From contig CDPCPM010000033.1 in the NCBI GenBank assembly GCA_976551045.1, positions 25,978,001 through 26,042,000 of the forward strand: a stretch of DNA of 64,000 nt, written 5' to 3'. Each line of letters opens with the position of its first letter. The stretch's first letter is position 1. The notes under the pieces were generated by a model. That model did not search any database and was not told the DNA's origin. It worked only from the letters and a program-made list of their open reading frames with translations. This document shows positions 13,087 through 25,577 of the stretch, one piece after another. The position numbers and the translations under genes are program-made. This DNA comes from Glaucostegus cemiculus (Eukaryota).

Positions 13087-13176
13087 GTAAAAATATGGTT
13101 CCAAAACCAGAGACAGAAGGAGAAAAAACTTCTTCGTGTGCAGCAACCAATACATGCAAGCTGCCCTGGACTGTAA
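13087..13176 (+). CDS. hoxd14: HoxD14 exon 3 (helix 3 and C-terminus)
   Basis: tttcag|VKIWFQNQRQKEKKLLRVQQPIHASCPGL*. WFQNQR and the split homeobox are paralogue-group-14 signatures; the gene lies between Evx2 and HoxD13. Total about 266 aa. Confidence 0.93.
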   Translation, partial: VKIWFQNQRQKEKKLLRVQQPIHASCPGL

Positions 13177-13901
13177 AAGAGGAACATCTTTATTCAAAGG
13201 AAGCATGGCTTTATCAGTTACAAAAACATAGTTCCCAGCATGTAATGGCGAGTTGCTTCTCTTCAGATATACGTGGACATAGATCATTTCCATATTTTTT
13301 AAAACAACTGTGTGGAAAAGTTTCATTTGACCATATTGTAAAAATTTAGCTTTTTGCGTTAAACAATATTAACGGGTTGATTTTGCTAAAGATAAGGAAC
13401 AAGGAATACTTACACTAGGAATTTAATTCTTAATGGAGAGATTCAATTTGATTTGCTCAAATAATTATCTATAAGCCATTAGTTTTAACATGTACACGAC
13501 TCCGTAGAATGAAGCAGTTGATTTTCTGAAGGTTACTTTTAGTGTCGAAATGATTATTTTGGTAAGGGTTGCAGAAGACTTTGCAGGTGAATGTTTTTAT
13601 TTTCAGATTTGGAATGATTTGAAATACCCCATTGTAATAAATAATAATGTGTATTTTAATAAAATTGGCAACTTTGTAAAGGAGCTACGTAGCATTCGCT
13701 GTACATTCAAAACAATTTTAACCTCATCTTTCCAAAACACATTGCAATATGTATAAGCCAGAATTTAATGGTTGGAGACAAAGGTACGTTTATGTAACAC
13801 ACACTTAAATTGTAAAAGTACAACATAAAAGTCGGTTCTATTTAAATTATAAAATATATCTATCCTTTGATCGATCGATCGATCCACCTACCCACCTACC
13901 A

Positions 13902-14334
13902 NNNNNNNNNNNNNNNNNNNNNNNNNNNNNNNNNNNNNNNNNNNNNNNNNNNNNNNNNNNNNNNNNNNNNNNNNNNNNNNNNNNNNNNNNNNNNNNNNNN
14001 NNNNNNNNNNNNNNNNNNNNNNNNNNNNNNNNNNNNNNNNNNNNNNNNNNNNNNNNNNNNNNNNNNNNNNNNNNNNNNNNNNNNNNNNNNNNNNNNNNNN
14101 NNNNNNNNNNNNNNNNNNNNNNNNNNNNNNNNNNNNNNNNNNNNNNNNNNNNNNNNNNNNNNNNNNNNNNNNNNNNNNNNNNNNNNNNNNNNNNNNNNNN
14201 NNNNNNNNNNNNNNNNNNNNNNNNNNNNNNNNNNNNNNNNNNNNNNNNNNNNNNNNNNNNNNNNNNNNNNNNNNNNNNNNNNNNNNNNNNNNNNNNNNNN
14301 NNNNNNNNNNNNNNNNNNNNNNNNNNNNNNNNNN
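13902..14334. other. assembly gap / masked run (433 N), preceded by GATC/CCTA simple repeats
   Basis: Run of N in the sequence. Confidence 0.98.
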
Positions 14335-14344
14335 CCTAACCAGC

Positions 14345-14809
14345 TTATGCTCAAGTTCAGGGAAGACGTAGGAATCAAACGTATTTTCGATGATGTATTT
14401 TCACGTCAAAATTTCGGAACTATAATACAAAAAAACAAAAAAAAACGAATTTAAGTTAAAGCAGGATGTTCATATACCTGTTGGGCATACTCAAAGAAAA
14501 AACTTACAGATATAGTAAAGTTCGCAGTAATCAAAAAAAGTGCAAGTTATTAGCCAATTACATCGAGAAACACTTGAATCAGCGCTTCTCAGGCGGTACC
14601 GTTTTCAAACTTATGACTGAAGTTCAAAGGTTCTAGCGAATGTGACATTTTATCAAAACCTTGCATTAATAAAGCACATTATCACTTCCAACAAACACTT
14701 CCCGAACAATGAATTCCATATGGAATCATCTTGTGTGTAGAACAGGTAAATTGAAAACACTGTTCTCCTACTATAGAACAGTATTTTCGAATGAATATTC
14801 AGATTATCT
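14345..14809 (+). repeat. diverged direct duplication, copy 1 (partner about 15797-16260)
   Basis: Collinear anchors at offset 1450-1451: TCAAGTTcAGgGAAGAcGTAGG 14351/15802, TCAAAGGTTC 14624/16074, GAATATTCAGAT 14793/16244. Confidence 0.85.
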
Positions 14810-15614
14810 ATAAATCGATTGATCTCTGTATCTATGTAAGTATGCAGCCATGTTCGTATGCTTGTATATATGTATGCATGTATCTGTTTACCTATCTGTC
14901 TCTGTCTCAGTCTGTTCAATTTCTAATATTGCTTCATGATGATTTCCCCCTCGAACATTTAGTATTCTCTTCATGGTTTCTGTTTTAATAATTAACTGGT
15001 TCCACGTTGATTCGCTCACAGGTTTCCTAAACGAAAGTATAATTTCCATTTGTGTTCCAGCGGGAGTTCCGTTCATGGAATAACATTATAGCGATTCTGC
15101 TCAGTATTATTTAACTCACGATAATGCATTAGCTTCTGAACGTTTCACGTGCAATGCTATATTCGATTATAATAGAAATAAATATTACTCTATGGCAAGG
15201 ATAATTGATCAGACGAATCCTGCAAGCGTAATCAATTTATTTTAATAGAATCTGCGGATTTCTTCCGACTGTGATTTCTGCTCTGTGAAATGTTATGTTT
15301 TGATTGTCGCCGCAGTTTGTTTCCCTCTCTCCAAGTATTTAATTTGATTATTCTGTGTAGGAATCATTAAGACTAATGAGGAAAGGAAGTTTGCTCCAGA
15401 ATAATGAGTTCTTATTTGCATGTGTTTTCTACACCTCTTTTGCTTATGTCAGGTGTCTTTATACTTGAAAATGTACGTCTCGTTTCTGTCTTTGCTTCGT
15501 CGTTAATATCAACATGTGCAAAAGGTGCAAGTGGCAAAAAAAAGCCACCAGTTCTCCAGAAGAGTAAAGCCATCATGCTATAATTAAAAAAAAACAAGAC
15601 TTGTCATCCCTTTC

Positions 15615-15890
15615 AGGATACTCAAAATATCCGTTAGGACTCTGGAGATATCTTATCTTCGAAATAATGCCTTTAGATTTTGTACGTTCACCTGCGAGAG
15701 CTGATCGGATGACAGTTCAACATCGCATTTGAAAGACGCTACTTCTGACAATGCAGCACATCCTCGGCACTCCACTGGAACAACAAGCAAGCATGTGGTG
15801 GTCAAGTTGAGAGAAGATGTAGGAGTCTAGCTTATATTCAGCGACCATGTTCGTATCGAAATGCCCTAACTACTCTGCACAAGCTGACAG
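15615..15890 (-). mobile_element. decayed Deu-domain SINE (SacSINE1/AmnSINE1/LmeSINE-like)
   Basis: The + strand TCTTCGAAATAATGCC...TACGTTCACCTG...GAAAGACGCTACTTCTGACAATGCAGCACATCCTCGGCACTCCACTGG follows, collinearly, the reverse complement of the Deu-domain consensus as recalled. It ends at CAAGCTGACA, the expected head end. Confidence 0.7.
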
Positions 15891-16260
15891 ACTTTGGGTT
15901 CAATTTAAAACACACCTCTCAATATTTGTTGTGCATGCCCAGAGAAATGGTTTACAGGTACAGTAAACTTCACAATAATCAGAGAAAAAACGCTATTCAT
16001 TAGCTAATTACAATTAAAATCACTCGAATCAATGCTTGTCAGATGATCCTGTTTTCAAATGCATAGCAGAAGGTCAAAGGTTCCTGCGAATGTACCATTT
16101 GTTTCAAAGCCTTGCACATATAAAGCACCTTATCACTCTTAACAAAACACTTAACGAAATGAATTCTATTTTGGAGTCATCTTTTGTGTGGAGCAGATAA
16201 TTCAAGAACAGTATAGTCCTAATTTTGAACAGTATTGCCAAGTGAATATTCAGATAAACT
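15797..16260 (+). repeat. diverged direct duplication, copy 2
   Basis: Same anchors as copy 1; includes the head end of the SINE and about 370 bp of flank. Confidence 0.85.
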
Positions 16261-19200
16261 TAATGTGTTCGTGCTGGTCAAGATGGCAGCTGCAGAAAGG
16301 CTTCCAGTTTACTTGGAATAGTGTATTGAAGTTTTGTTAGAGATCCTCCAGATTTTTGTCCTTTGTCAGACTATTACTGATGTGGAAAACTTGAAGGTCT
16401 ACTTTCTTCAAGAACATTTGGAATACAGTCAATGCATTAAACAGTCAATTGTTGAAGGGCAATTCTTACAGATACTGAAGAATGTGCACTAACAACCCTA
16501 CTTCTTGTGCCCACTCCTGTCAACCTTTTCTCTTACAGATACTTAAGTCGACTTTAATATTAAAAAGCGACTGTCAAATTTACCGCCTTGAAATTAGACC
16601 AGCCTGCCAGCACTGCACATAGCGCCATTACATAATAATTACATTATGACAATCCATACGTTTCCATCATTTATAAAAAGAAACAAAAAGTAAGCACTAG
16701 TTACTTTAAAATGACTACCGAATTGGGTCTGCACCACCTGATCCAATTAATCATTCCACGTACAGTCAACTGAAGGCCACACATGTTCATGGCTCCTGTT
16801 GTACAATAGCACAGGCCAAGGAACAGTGCAAGAGTAAATATATGCGCACCAAGCTTTATTCAAGAATATCACTGATCATGGTAAAACCGAATTTCTAGTC
16901 ATGAAAGTTTTAGTGGATGCACTGTCCTATAAGATATTGTTAAACTTAGTTGTACATTAGAACGAACGTTTAAATAGAATATTGTCAAAACAAGCTGAAT
17001 ATTCAAGGTATTCATTTTAAATACTAGACAGTGGAATTTATTCACTACATCACCCTCGAATAGAATGGACGCAGGAATGATATTTTCTTGTACTATACAG
17101 ATTAAAGCATCTTTTTTTCGGAATTCTGAAATTCGTTAGAATACTAATCAGAAGTATATTTGCAAAACGTGCCACTCTAATTCGGTAGCACAAACATATA
17201 TTTTGCACTTTATATGTATTTGAATCCATGCACTTTCACGGGACCTTCCTTGCTGCTTATTGATGAATTTTATATCTACCTAATGAAAATACTCTTTTTG
17301 TAGGATTAGACTGTATTGATAGAAGTAAATTCATTTCCATATAGAATGTATTATCCTTAAAGAATCTTCTCTTCTGATACATTATTTTGAACTCAGACGG
17401 AGGACCTAGAATTGGAAACAGGCATGTACTTTTTTAAAGATGCAATAACTCTGTAGGCTGGACTTTAGCATGCACAGTTCCCGCAAAAACAGTGCGGCGT
17501 TCGTTATACGAAGAAAGAGTACACTATTTGAAGAATATTTAACAGTCGCTTTTTTGATTAAATAAAAATGCGTTATAAAATTGCCACATTCTCTACAGAT
17601 ATAACAGACACAGACTTCTGTATTTGTTAGACTTGGGGCAGAGCGTATAGTTTTGCGGCTTGCAATGTAGTAAATTACTTCCGTTGTTCTAACTGGAACA
17701 CACGCATACAAGACGAAGCAGAAGGCGTTCATTTTAAGCGTTTAATTGGTTGCTAATGACGTTAGATTAAAGACATATTTCGTTATCCTGATTGTTGCTG
17801 ATAGATTAAATCCATTTTAGTTCTAAGACCGTTATGTGTATAGGTTATGATCCGTGCAATTCAGAAATGTCGCAAATAAAATCAATTTAATATCAGTGAT
17901 TGTCTAGAGTTTATTTTCAATTACATATATTGTGTAACAAAATTTGTATGTTGCATGGCCAGGCCTTGATAATACTTTACTTTGTACTGGCAAAATAAAG
18001 AAAATATTTTCTGGTGAGTAATCTGGTTTTATTCAGGGATTAATATTAGCCATCGCTTTTGACAAAAACGACATGTTTATGAGAATGTGTAGTTAAAGGG
18101 GACTCATATAACCTGCTACATAGTCGGATTCACTTATGAATACTTGGATATATATTTTATCAATTGATTATTGTTCGTTAAAAGGTATCTGTTATCGTTA
18201 ACTAGGTGAAGTAGATGCTTCGCATTTTAATATCAGTTTTGCTTTGCTTATGCTTTAATTTGCATCGACTTGCCTTCCATGAACTGAATGGTCCGTTAAA
18301 CGGCAATGTCAGGTGGAAATCATTCAAAATTAGCCTAGTTTGTCAAAGAGTATAATTAGAAAAATAACTAACATACTCTTAAATTAAAGTTCTCGACACT
18401 TCATAGTGAATGTTATCCATATGCAAGCACATATTACCCTTACAACAGGTATAATTTTGAACCAAAATATTATTAACACGTTAGGGTTATGATTCGCTCT
18501 ATAAACCTTGCCATTAAGACTAACATCCAGCAAATACTTTAAACAAAAGCTACCAAATGCTACTTCCAATAGCCCTAACAGTAAAGTAAAAACAAATTAT
18601 ACCAGCATGAAAACAATATAGAATAAACGAAATTTTATACCTTCGCAGAAAAATACCCCATCTACGATTCAGTGCGCAATTCACAAAGCGACAATGAAAA
18701 GTTTAGGTTGAACTTTCCACAATGTTGTGAAACTATTAAAGAAAATAATTGTGGATGAAAAATAACGTTCAATAAATGCATTTAATGTATATGCAACCCG
18801 TCAAAAACTTTACCTTTACTTCCTAAGTAAAATCAACACATTGCAAGGATATATTGCCAATCTACCTAAATAAAATGCGGATTATTTGCATCATTAGACT
18901 CTGTAGTTTTGATTTGTTCTAGATACGAGCGATTCTGTAACACCAGATTTATTGCTGATTCCTCGTTGTTCTGATAAGTTGATAATGGCCCTTCTGGTGA
19001 AATCCTGCTTGAATCTTACTCAACCTGCTAATGAAAATGGCGTTTTACTTTTAAAGCGAATTGAGTCAGCAAACTAACACATCCCCTGTAAGTAAAGTTA
19101 GAGCTTCATTTTACATAATTCTACGCGAATAATTGTTTTCAAACAATGATTAGACGTATTAAAAATAACAGATATTTTCCAAACTATTGTAAATTATAGC

Positions 19201-21430
19201 TAACGTCAAAATTTCAAATTCTCGCGTAATTCCCACCGATCTGTTCAACTGCTTCAAAGCGCTATTTACCGTCTTTCTCCCTCTCTTTCTTTCTCTCCTT
19301 CTCCATCCACCCCACCCCCTCTCCACCTTGACCTTGGCCTTCATCTACTTCCGGAAAGAACCCTTTTGTCTGCATACCAGAGATGCAAGCAACTTGGGAG
19401 AGCGACTTATTTTTTTTAAAATCCAACCTTGTATTTCCCCCGGATTTCTTAATAACAGCAGCTGACCGAAGCAAATGTTAGATATGCCTTCGCCACTGTG
19501 AAAGTAGGAACAACTCACTTTATTTTTTCTCCCCCTGAGAGGGATGCCATCCGTGTGCTTTTAAATAAGCACGCTGCAGTTTTAAAATGATATTTGGGTG
19601 CAAATGATGAGTTTGAACAGGCTGTTCTGAAATATTTCTCTCGGATTATTAAAACCGCTATTGGGGCTGTTTCTATAAATATTAGCTAAGTGGACAGTCA
19701 CTGCAGGAAACGTGCATCTTTAAAAAGAAGAAAGTAAACTAAAAGGGTTCGCAGAAATGAATGCATGTAACTTAGTGTCAAACCATGGGTTTCACTTATG
19801 TTTCCTTGTCACGGAATCTTGCCAGTAGAATATTTTTCTCTCTGTGAAGTAACTATTTATATTTAATTCTGCCCTTAGGCATTCTGAAAAAAATTCGCCA
19901 GGATTCAAAATAACTTTTCAAAAATCACATCGTTATTTTGCTCCAGCGTACGACGTGGTTATCTAATTGCTTGAGATTTTCAATTACTGTTTGTCGAAGA
20001 AGTGCCATGTTTCACTGAGTACAACATGGTCAACGAATTTCTGGTGCGCAGATTCTAACTTCCGAGAAGATGGGAAACCATTCTCTCGAATAGTCAGATG
20101 ACCTCCTTCAATGTGCCAATAATCCATGCTGAAAACTAAGTCACAGAGTCTCATCTCTTTCCATAATCCGTTTAGCACTTGTTGTTACTGTTGCTGCTTC
20201 TTGTACATATCTGATCTATACCTTTTATTTAAATATTTGCATCTTCGTTTTCGTAAACCACAAAATCAGTATAAATCCTGTACCGTATACAAATAATCTC
20301 TAAAGGGCGTATGGTTTGGTTTGACTAACAAAACTTGTATGTTACATTAGTTTTGCCTACATAAATATGCAGTGTAAGTAAATTGTGGTAGAGAATTAGA
20401 TAGAATTTTACATCACATATTATTGTTGTTAGGTTGTCATAATCTAATATGTTCTATTCCATATAACGCAGTTATTTGGTGTATATTTACACACTTTATC
20501 TGCCCTAAAGTGTGAGATAACAAAGGAATGAAATGAATTAATTACTCGAATTATGCGAGGCTGATCAACTAAACGCTAGATATTTTCAGACCATTACTTA
20601 AATGGGGCCTATTGAGAAAACCGATGATTAGGAAATTGTGTTTTTGTCTGCTTGACGTAAATAATTGAACGTTCTGGCACGGTCAGATTGCGCTTGAAGA
20701 CTTGAAATTTGGAATAATTTAGCTTTCGCAATATAAAATATAAACCTAAACCTCATATGGGAAAAAATCACTAAAAAGCAATAGCATGATAGAAAAAAAA
20801 CAGTTCCAAGTGGAATAAAGGTGTAGATCTACGTAAATTCCACTCAGAATTTTGATAATGTGTTGTTTTATGTAATCTGAACGGAAATCAATTTAAGCGT
20901 GATCGCCTAAAGATTTTATTAGAGAAAGGGAATATATGAACTTTAAAATCTATTTGATGGTGGTTTTATAGCTAGGACAGATATATGTTATCACCAAAAA
21001 CACATTTGGATGCTAAAAAGGTTGTTACCGAGATTTTTCTTCAGCATTACAAACATCGTCCACCATTCTGTCAAATCTGAGATAGCGCATGATGATAACA
21101 CACCCCATTTCCAATCGGAAATGGCAATTTTCCAAAAATTCTCCAATACTTGATTTTAACTGAAAACTCCCTCAAAGAATATTTCATGCATTCAATGTTT
21201 GTGTATATATCCGATCCTTCAAATTATAGAATATATTTTACAAGTTATCAATAATATCCCATATATATCTCAACTAAACTGCATGGGTTTAAGCATTGCG
21301 GAATAAAAGGCAATACTCGTTTTAATATGCATCCACAGTATTGGTTATTTACTATGAATTAATTCGGGGGGAAAACGATCATTTTAAGATCGGGAAAGGA
21401 GTGCTTGGAGAACTGAAGCCGGATCAGTTG

Positions 21431-21540
21431 CGGCGCGTCACGTGCTCAGAATCCACCTATCACGTTCCACTCGCGCAGTGCACACTCTAATCGGTGAAAA
21501 TAAGCACCTCTTCTCACTCCCGAGACTGCTTTTATAAAGC
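21431..21540 (+). promoter_or_regulatory. HoxD13 proximal promoter
   Basis: E-box CACGTG 21439-21444 in a CpG-rich patch; TATAAA 21533-21538. Confidence 0.55.
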
Positions 21541-21567
21541 AGTACTTAGTTTGCAGTGGGTCGTGAT

Positions 21568-22252
21568 ATGACAGCTCTTCTTTCAGCCCCTTGGAGGACT
21601 GATACTATCAGATACCTGCACAACAGAAACAACACGAATAAATCGGAGATGGAAGGACTGGGTGGGAACGTCCCTTCAAATCAATGCAGGAATTTTTTAT
21701 CTCCCACTGCATTTGGAGCTCATCACAACTCTTTATCTTCGGGACCTGCTTACTCAGGCGGAGATCGTACGCATTCTGTCATTTCTGAATCAGCTAAGCA
21801 GTGCAGCCCATGTCCAGCTCCTACCAGCCCTCCAAACCCAGCCTTCAGCTACGGCTATCATTTTGGAAGCAGCTATTACAGTTGTCGAAATGTTGGTATA
21901 CAACAAACTGGACTGAAATCTGGTGCTCATGCATCTCTAGCCGGTTACCCAGTGGACAAATACATGGATGTTTCGGGTTTGACCAACAGTCCTGTCCCCA
22001 CTGACGAGGTATCAACCCGAGCAAAAGAATTTGCTTTTTATCAGAGTTACCCTAATCCATATCAACGGGTTTCTAGTTACTTGGATGTTCCAGTAGTCCC
22101 TACCATAAGTGGCCACGGAGAGCCCAGGCATGAAGCCTTAATATCCATGGAGGGTTACCAGCCATGGACATTTGCTAATGGCTGGAATGGTCAAGTGTAC
22201 TGCCCTAAAGATCAGACACAGTCTTCACATTTTTGGAAATCGCCTCTTTCAG
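21568..22252 (+). CDS. hoxd13: HoxD13 exon 1
   Basis: Group-13 motifs ([59 protein letters not shown]); phase-1 donor TCAG|gtatca. Alternative start at 21649 (MEGLGG). Confidence 0.93.
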
Positions 22253-22620
22253 GTATCAATGAATATTTTTTTCCACAGAAGGCTATATTAAACTCATTTT
22301 AATGTAAAACAAAGAAAATAGAAGAAACTTTCATTTAGTGTTGCCTTATCAGCAATTCTCTAGCCATTTTTCATTTGTAAGATATAACATAAATAATGCA
22401 TGGGACTCATGTATCAGAATTAATGTGCTCAGATGCGTGTTTGCCCGAATGCCTAAATAGCTCAGATAAGTTCTCAAATGTACCAAAAAGACAAATGTCT
22501 GTGAGTTATGATTTTGATTTCTTTTTAACCTTCCCTCTATCTCCTCCCTTTCATTCTCCACACCCTTTCAACTGCAGCCGCTTCAAGTTTATGTTCTTAT
22601 AATTTGCATTTTCCCCTCAG

Positions 22621-22871
22621 GAGATGTGATGCACAATCAGACCGATATAAACATTTACAGGCGAGGGAGGAAGAAAAGGGTTCCCTATACGAAAACCCAG
22701 CTTAAAGAACTCGAGCGAGAATATGCCACTAACAAATTCATAACCAAGGAAAAAAGACGAAGGATATCTTCAGCTACCAACCTTACAGAAAGACAAGTTA
22801 CCATTTGGTTTCAGAACAGAAGAGTCAAGGAGAAAAAAGTGGTTTCCAAAGTCAAAGAAAATATACCTTGA
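22621..22871 (+). CDS. hoxd13: HoxD13 exon 2 (homeodomain)
   Basis: ctcag|GA GAT GTG...[61 protein letters not shown]. Confidence 0.96.
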
Positions 22872-25473
22872 TAGCGCAGACATCCCTCACCAACAATGGC
22901 GCATTGTAAATTATACATGATGGTCTTTTAGAAACGGAAGCTAAATGAACGTGGGAGACGTTAAACAACATCTTCGGATTTATAACAAAAAAATCTTGAA
23001 ATGACAAGTTCAATGAGATGTTTTGAAAAACTTTGCTAAAATACTTGATGTGACTTATCACCACATGTGAACAAATAAGGCACTCCTTTGAGAGTTCCAC
23101 AATCACATATTTGTATTGCGTTACCGTACTGGATCGTTTTCGCGAGCGACATTGCAGAAAATGCAAAGTAGTGCTTATTTCCGTCTAAAGAATGTTTTGT
23201 GAATTCAGATAAATTACGGGAGGTTTCTCAGTATACAGATAAAATGGCGACTGCAACCGATAACACGTTTAGACCCAAAAGCTGACATTAAGTAAAGTTT
23301 GACCTTAGCTTTCTTGATGTGCGGCGATATTTATTTACATTTCAATGTCTTGTCATGTTTTGCAAGATGTACCATGGCTGCATTGTGAATGGATTCAAAT
23401 GGTAATCGCATATACTAGCAACAATCATTTAATGATTGAAATTATAGTGGTAAAATACCGCTTTATGTCAATGCCCTTTAGAAATTATTTGCAACAGAGA
23501 TACTTGCAGACTCTGTGCGGCGGAACGCCATATTATTGTTATATTTATCGGTAGCGAATTTACAATCATGTCCATAACAAATTATTTAGTCCATATACCA
23601 AAAAAAGCCTTGTTGATTTACACAAGAAAATTCTGCAGTAACATATTTCCCTAAGTAAATGTAATCATTAAAGAGAAATTTTGGTTTCAAGTGAAATATT
23701 TGTCAAATTTTAACGTCTTAATGTATCTTTATGTTATGAGTTAAAATATGAAAGGGTGTATTTCTGCCTTTTGAATATTTTGTTCTTTGAACTGTTATTT
23801 TCAAAACAAATGCTAATATATTTGAAAGCCCCATTGACGTTTTGAATGCGAAGTCTTTAATTGAACCTTTTTCAGCTATTTTATTAATAACTTGTTACGC
23901 TGTATACTTAAATTGTAATCGCGATCTCTATATGAGTAAATAGTGAAAATCATTCCTGTGTTTTATGTATATTTTAAAAATAAGCTTTCTTAACATTTCC
24001 CTCGTTTTCTTTACCTAGGACGAGTCAAAATTGATCTTGGGTAGTTTTCTTACATGGATTTATGCTATGTAAAAAAAAATTAAAACAAATCACACTTCAA
24101 CTGTCTCGAAGCTGTATATTTCTTGTAAATTAATTCGGTTTATTTTTTATCCCATCAACATGTATCATATCAAACGGCACAATACTTAGAGGAATATTTT
24201 ACAATTCGCCGCTATATTGCGATTTTTCGGCGAAATTCGAATAAAAAAAGAATGCGTTGTATTTATAAATTGGAAGGAACTAAAACTGTTCCTACTGAAA
24301 TTCATTAATTCATTTTGTTTTAATGGCGCGTGTTAGCATGCCTATCCAGCATTTGCTTTCTGGGTATTTTGTAAACATAATAAATCGCAATATACAAGAT
24401 ATCCAGGCTGCTGTGCTTTAAGACAAATTATGAAAGGGATAACTTGACAGAAGAAAATAATCATGACATTAATAAAATTCAAATTTGAAATTCAAATTTG
24501 CTTGGAAGTACACTAGAATTCGATCCCGAGATCTCTTCAAAACCTTACTCAATTGCATCATCTCATTTTCGCGTTTACAGAGCAATTCAAAACAATGCAA
24601 CGTTTATTTCACGTAAGCATTCTCACGTTGTGCCCCAAATAATTATTGGAGGGTGAATAAATTGGATTACCATGTGGGTATTAGAAGCTACTACTTTACA
24701 GTGAAGCTTGCCAAAATATTCGCAATGAAATCATTTTTTCCGTTTATCATACATAATTAAATGTGCAAACCATGGGCCTATTTTAATTTCTCCTGAATTT
24801 ATATTGAAACATTTGGATAGATAAAGATCTCCGCACGGATGTCTAAAGTAAGTTTTAATTGTATGATCTCTGTTGGCGATGGTGCGTAAATAATAAAAAG
24901 CATAACAATATAGGTAACGTGTTCATAGAAGTCAAAACATAGCCTGGATTTGCAACGCACCCCTCGAAGAAAAAAATGGGAAGAATATTAAAGTCGCAAG
25001 GAAGTTGGGGGGGGGGCGATAAATTAGTTCCTTGTTTTAAAAATAGACATATTAAGTGATGAAATTTAGAATTAAGTGAGATTCATTGCTTTTATATGAG
25101 CACGAACTTAGTAGGTGATAATGCTGTTGACCCTGCCAGCTTTATTTACCAGCTGCTAACAATTGCTAACCATATTCCTGTGCATTGTGATAAGTTCTGT
25201 TGGTCAACCGTAGAAACAAATTTAAAAGATTTATGTTTTCTCGTGTTAAATTCAAACTCCATATTGTGTTAAATGCAACATATGCATACAAGCTGACTTT
25301 ACTCGGTTAAGTTTGTTAGAACTTTGTGACATTAATATATATTTTTGGAGGGATGTTCAGCCCTCTGACGTCAGATTTCTATTTACCATTGACCTTGACT
25401 ATCGTTATAGTCTTTGACCTTGACTTTATTTAGCATCATGAATAATAAAGGCTACCCCGATCACAGAACTAGT

Positions 25474-25487
25474 TCGCCATCTGCTGG
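25474..25487 (-). promoter_or_regulatory. CTCF-binding motif between HoxD13 and HoxD12
   Basis: The - strand reads CCAGCAGATGGCGA, a 13/14 match to CCASYAGRKGGCRS. Confidence 0.65.
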
Positions 25488-25548
25488 ATAACCTGCTGTA
25501 AAACATGCGTCAACACAGTTGTTAGAACCGAAGCGCGGGCTTCAAGAT

Positions 25549-25577
25549 GGTCGGTCGGTCGGTCGGTCGGTCGGTCG
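25549..25577 (+). repeat. (GGTC)7 microsatellite
   Basis: ggtcggtcggtc... seen directly. Confidence 0.95.

Noticed and set aside
320-14454. ORF-track entries made mostly of X (320-604, 1079-1333, 13867-14454)
   Set aside because: Artefacts of translating N gaps.
14808-14912. TATG/TATC/TCTG low-complexity tract and the ORFs across it
   Set aside because: Decayed microsatellite; the ORFs are spurious.
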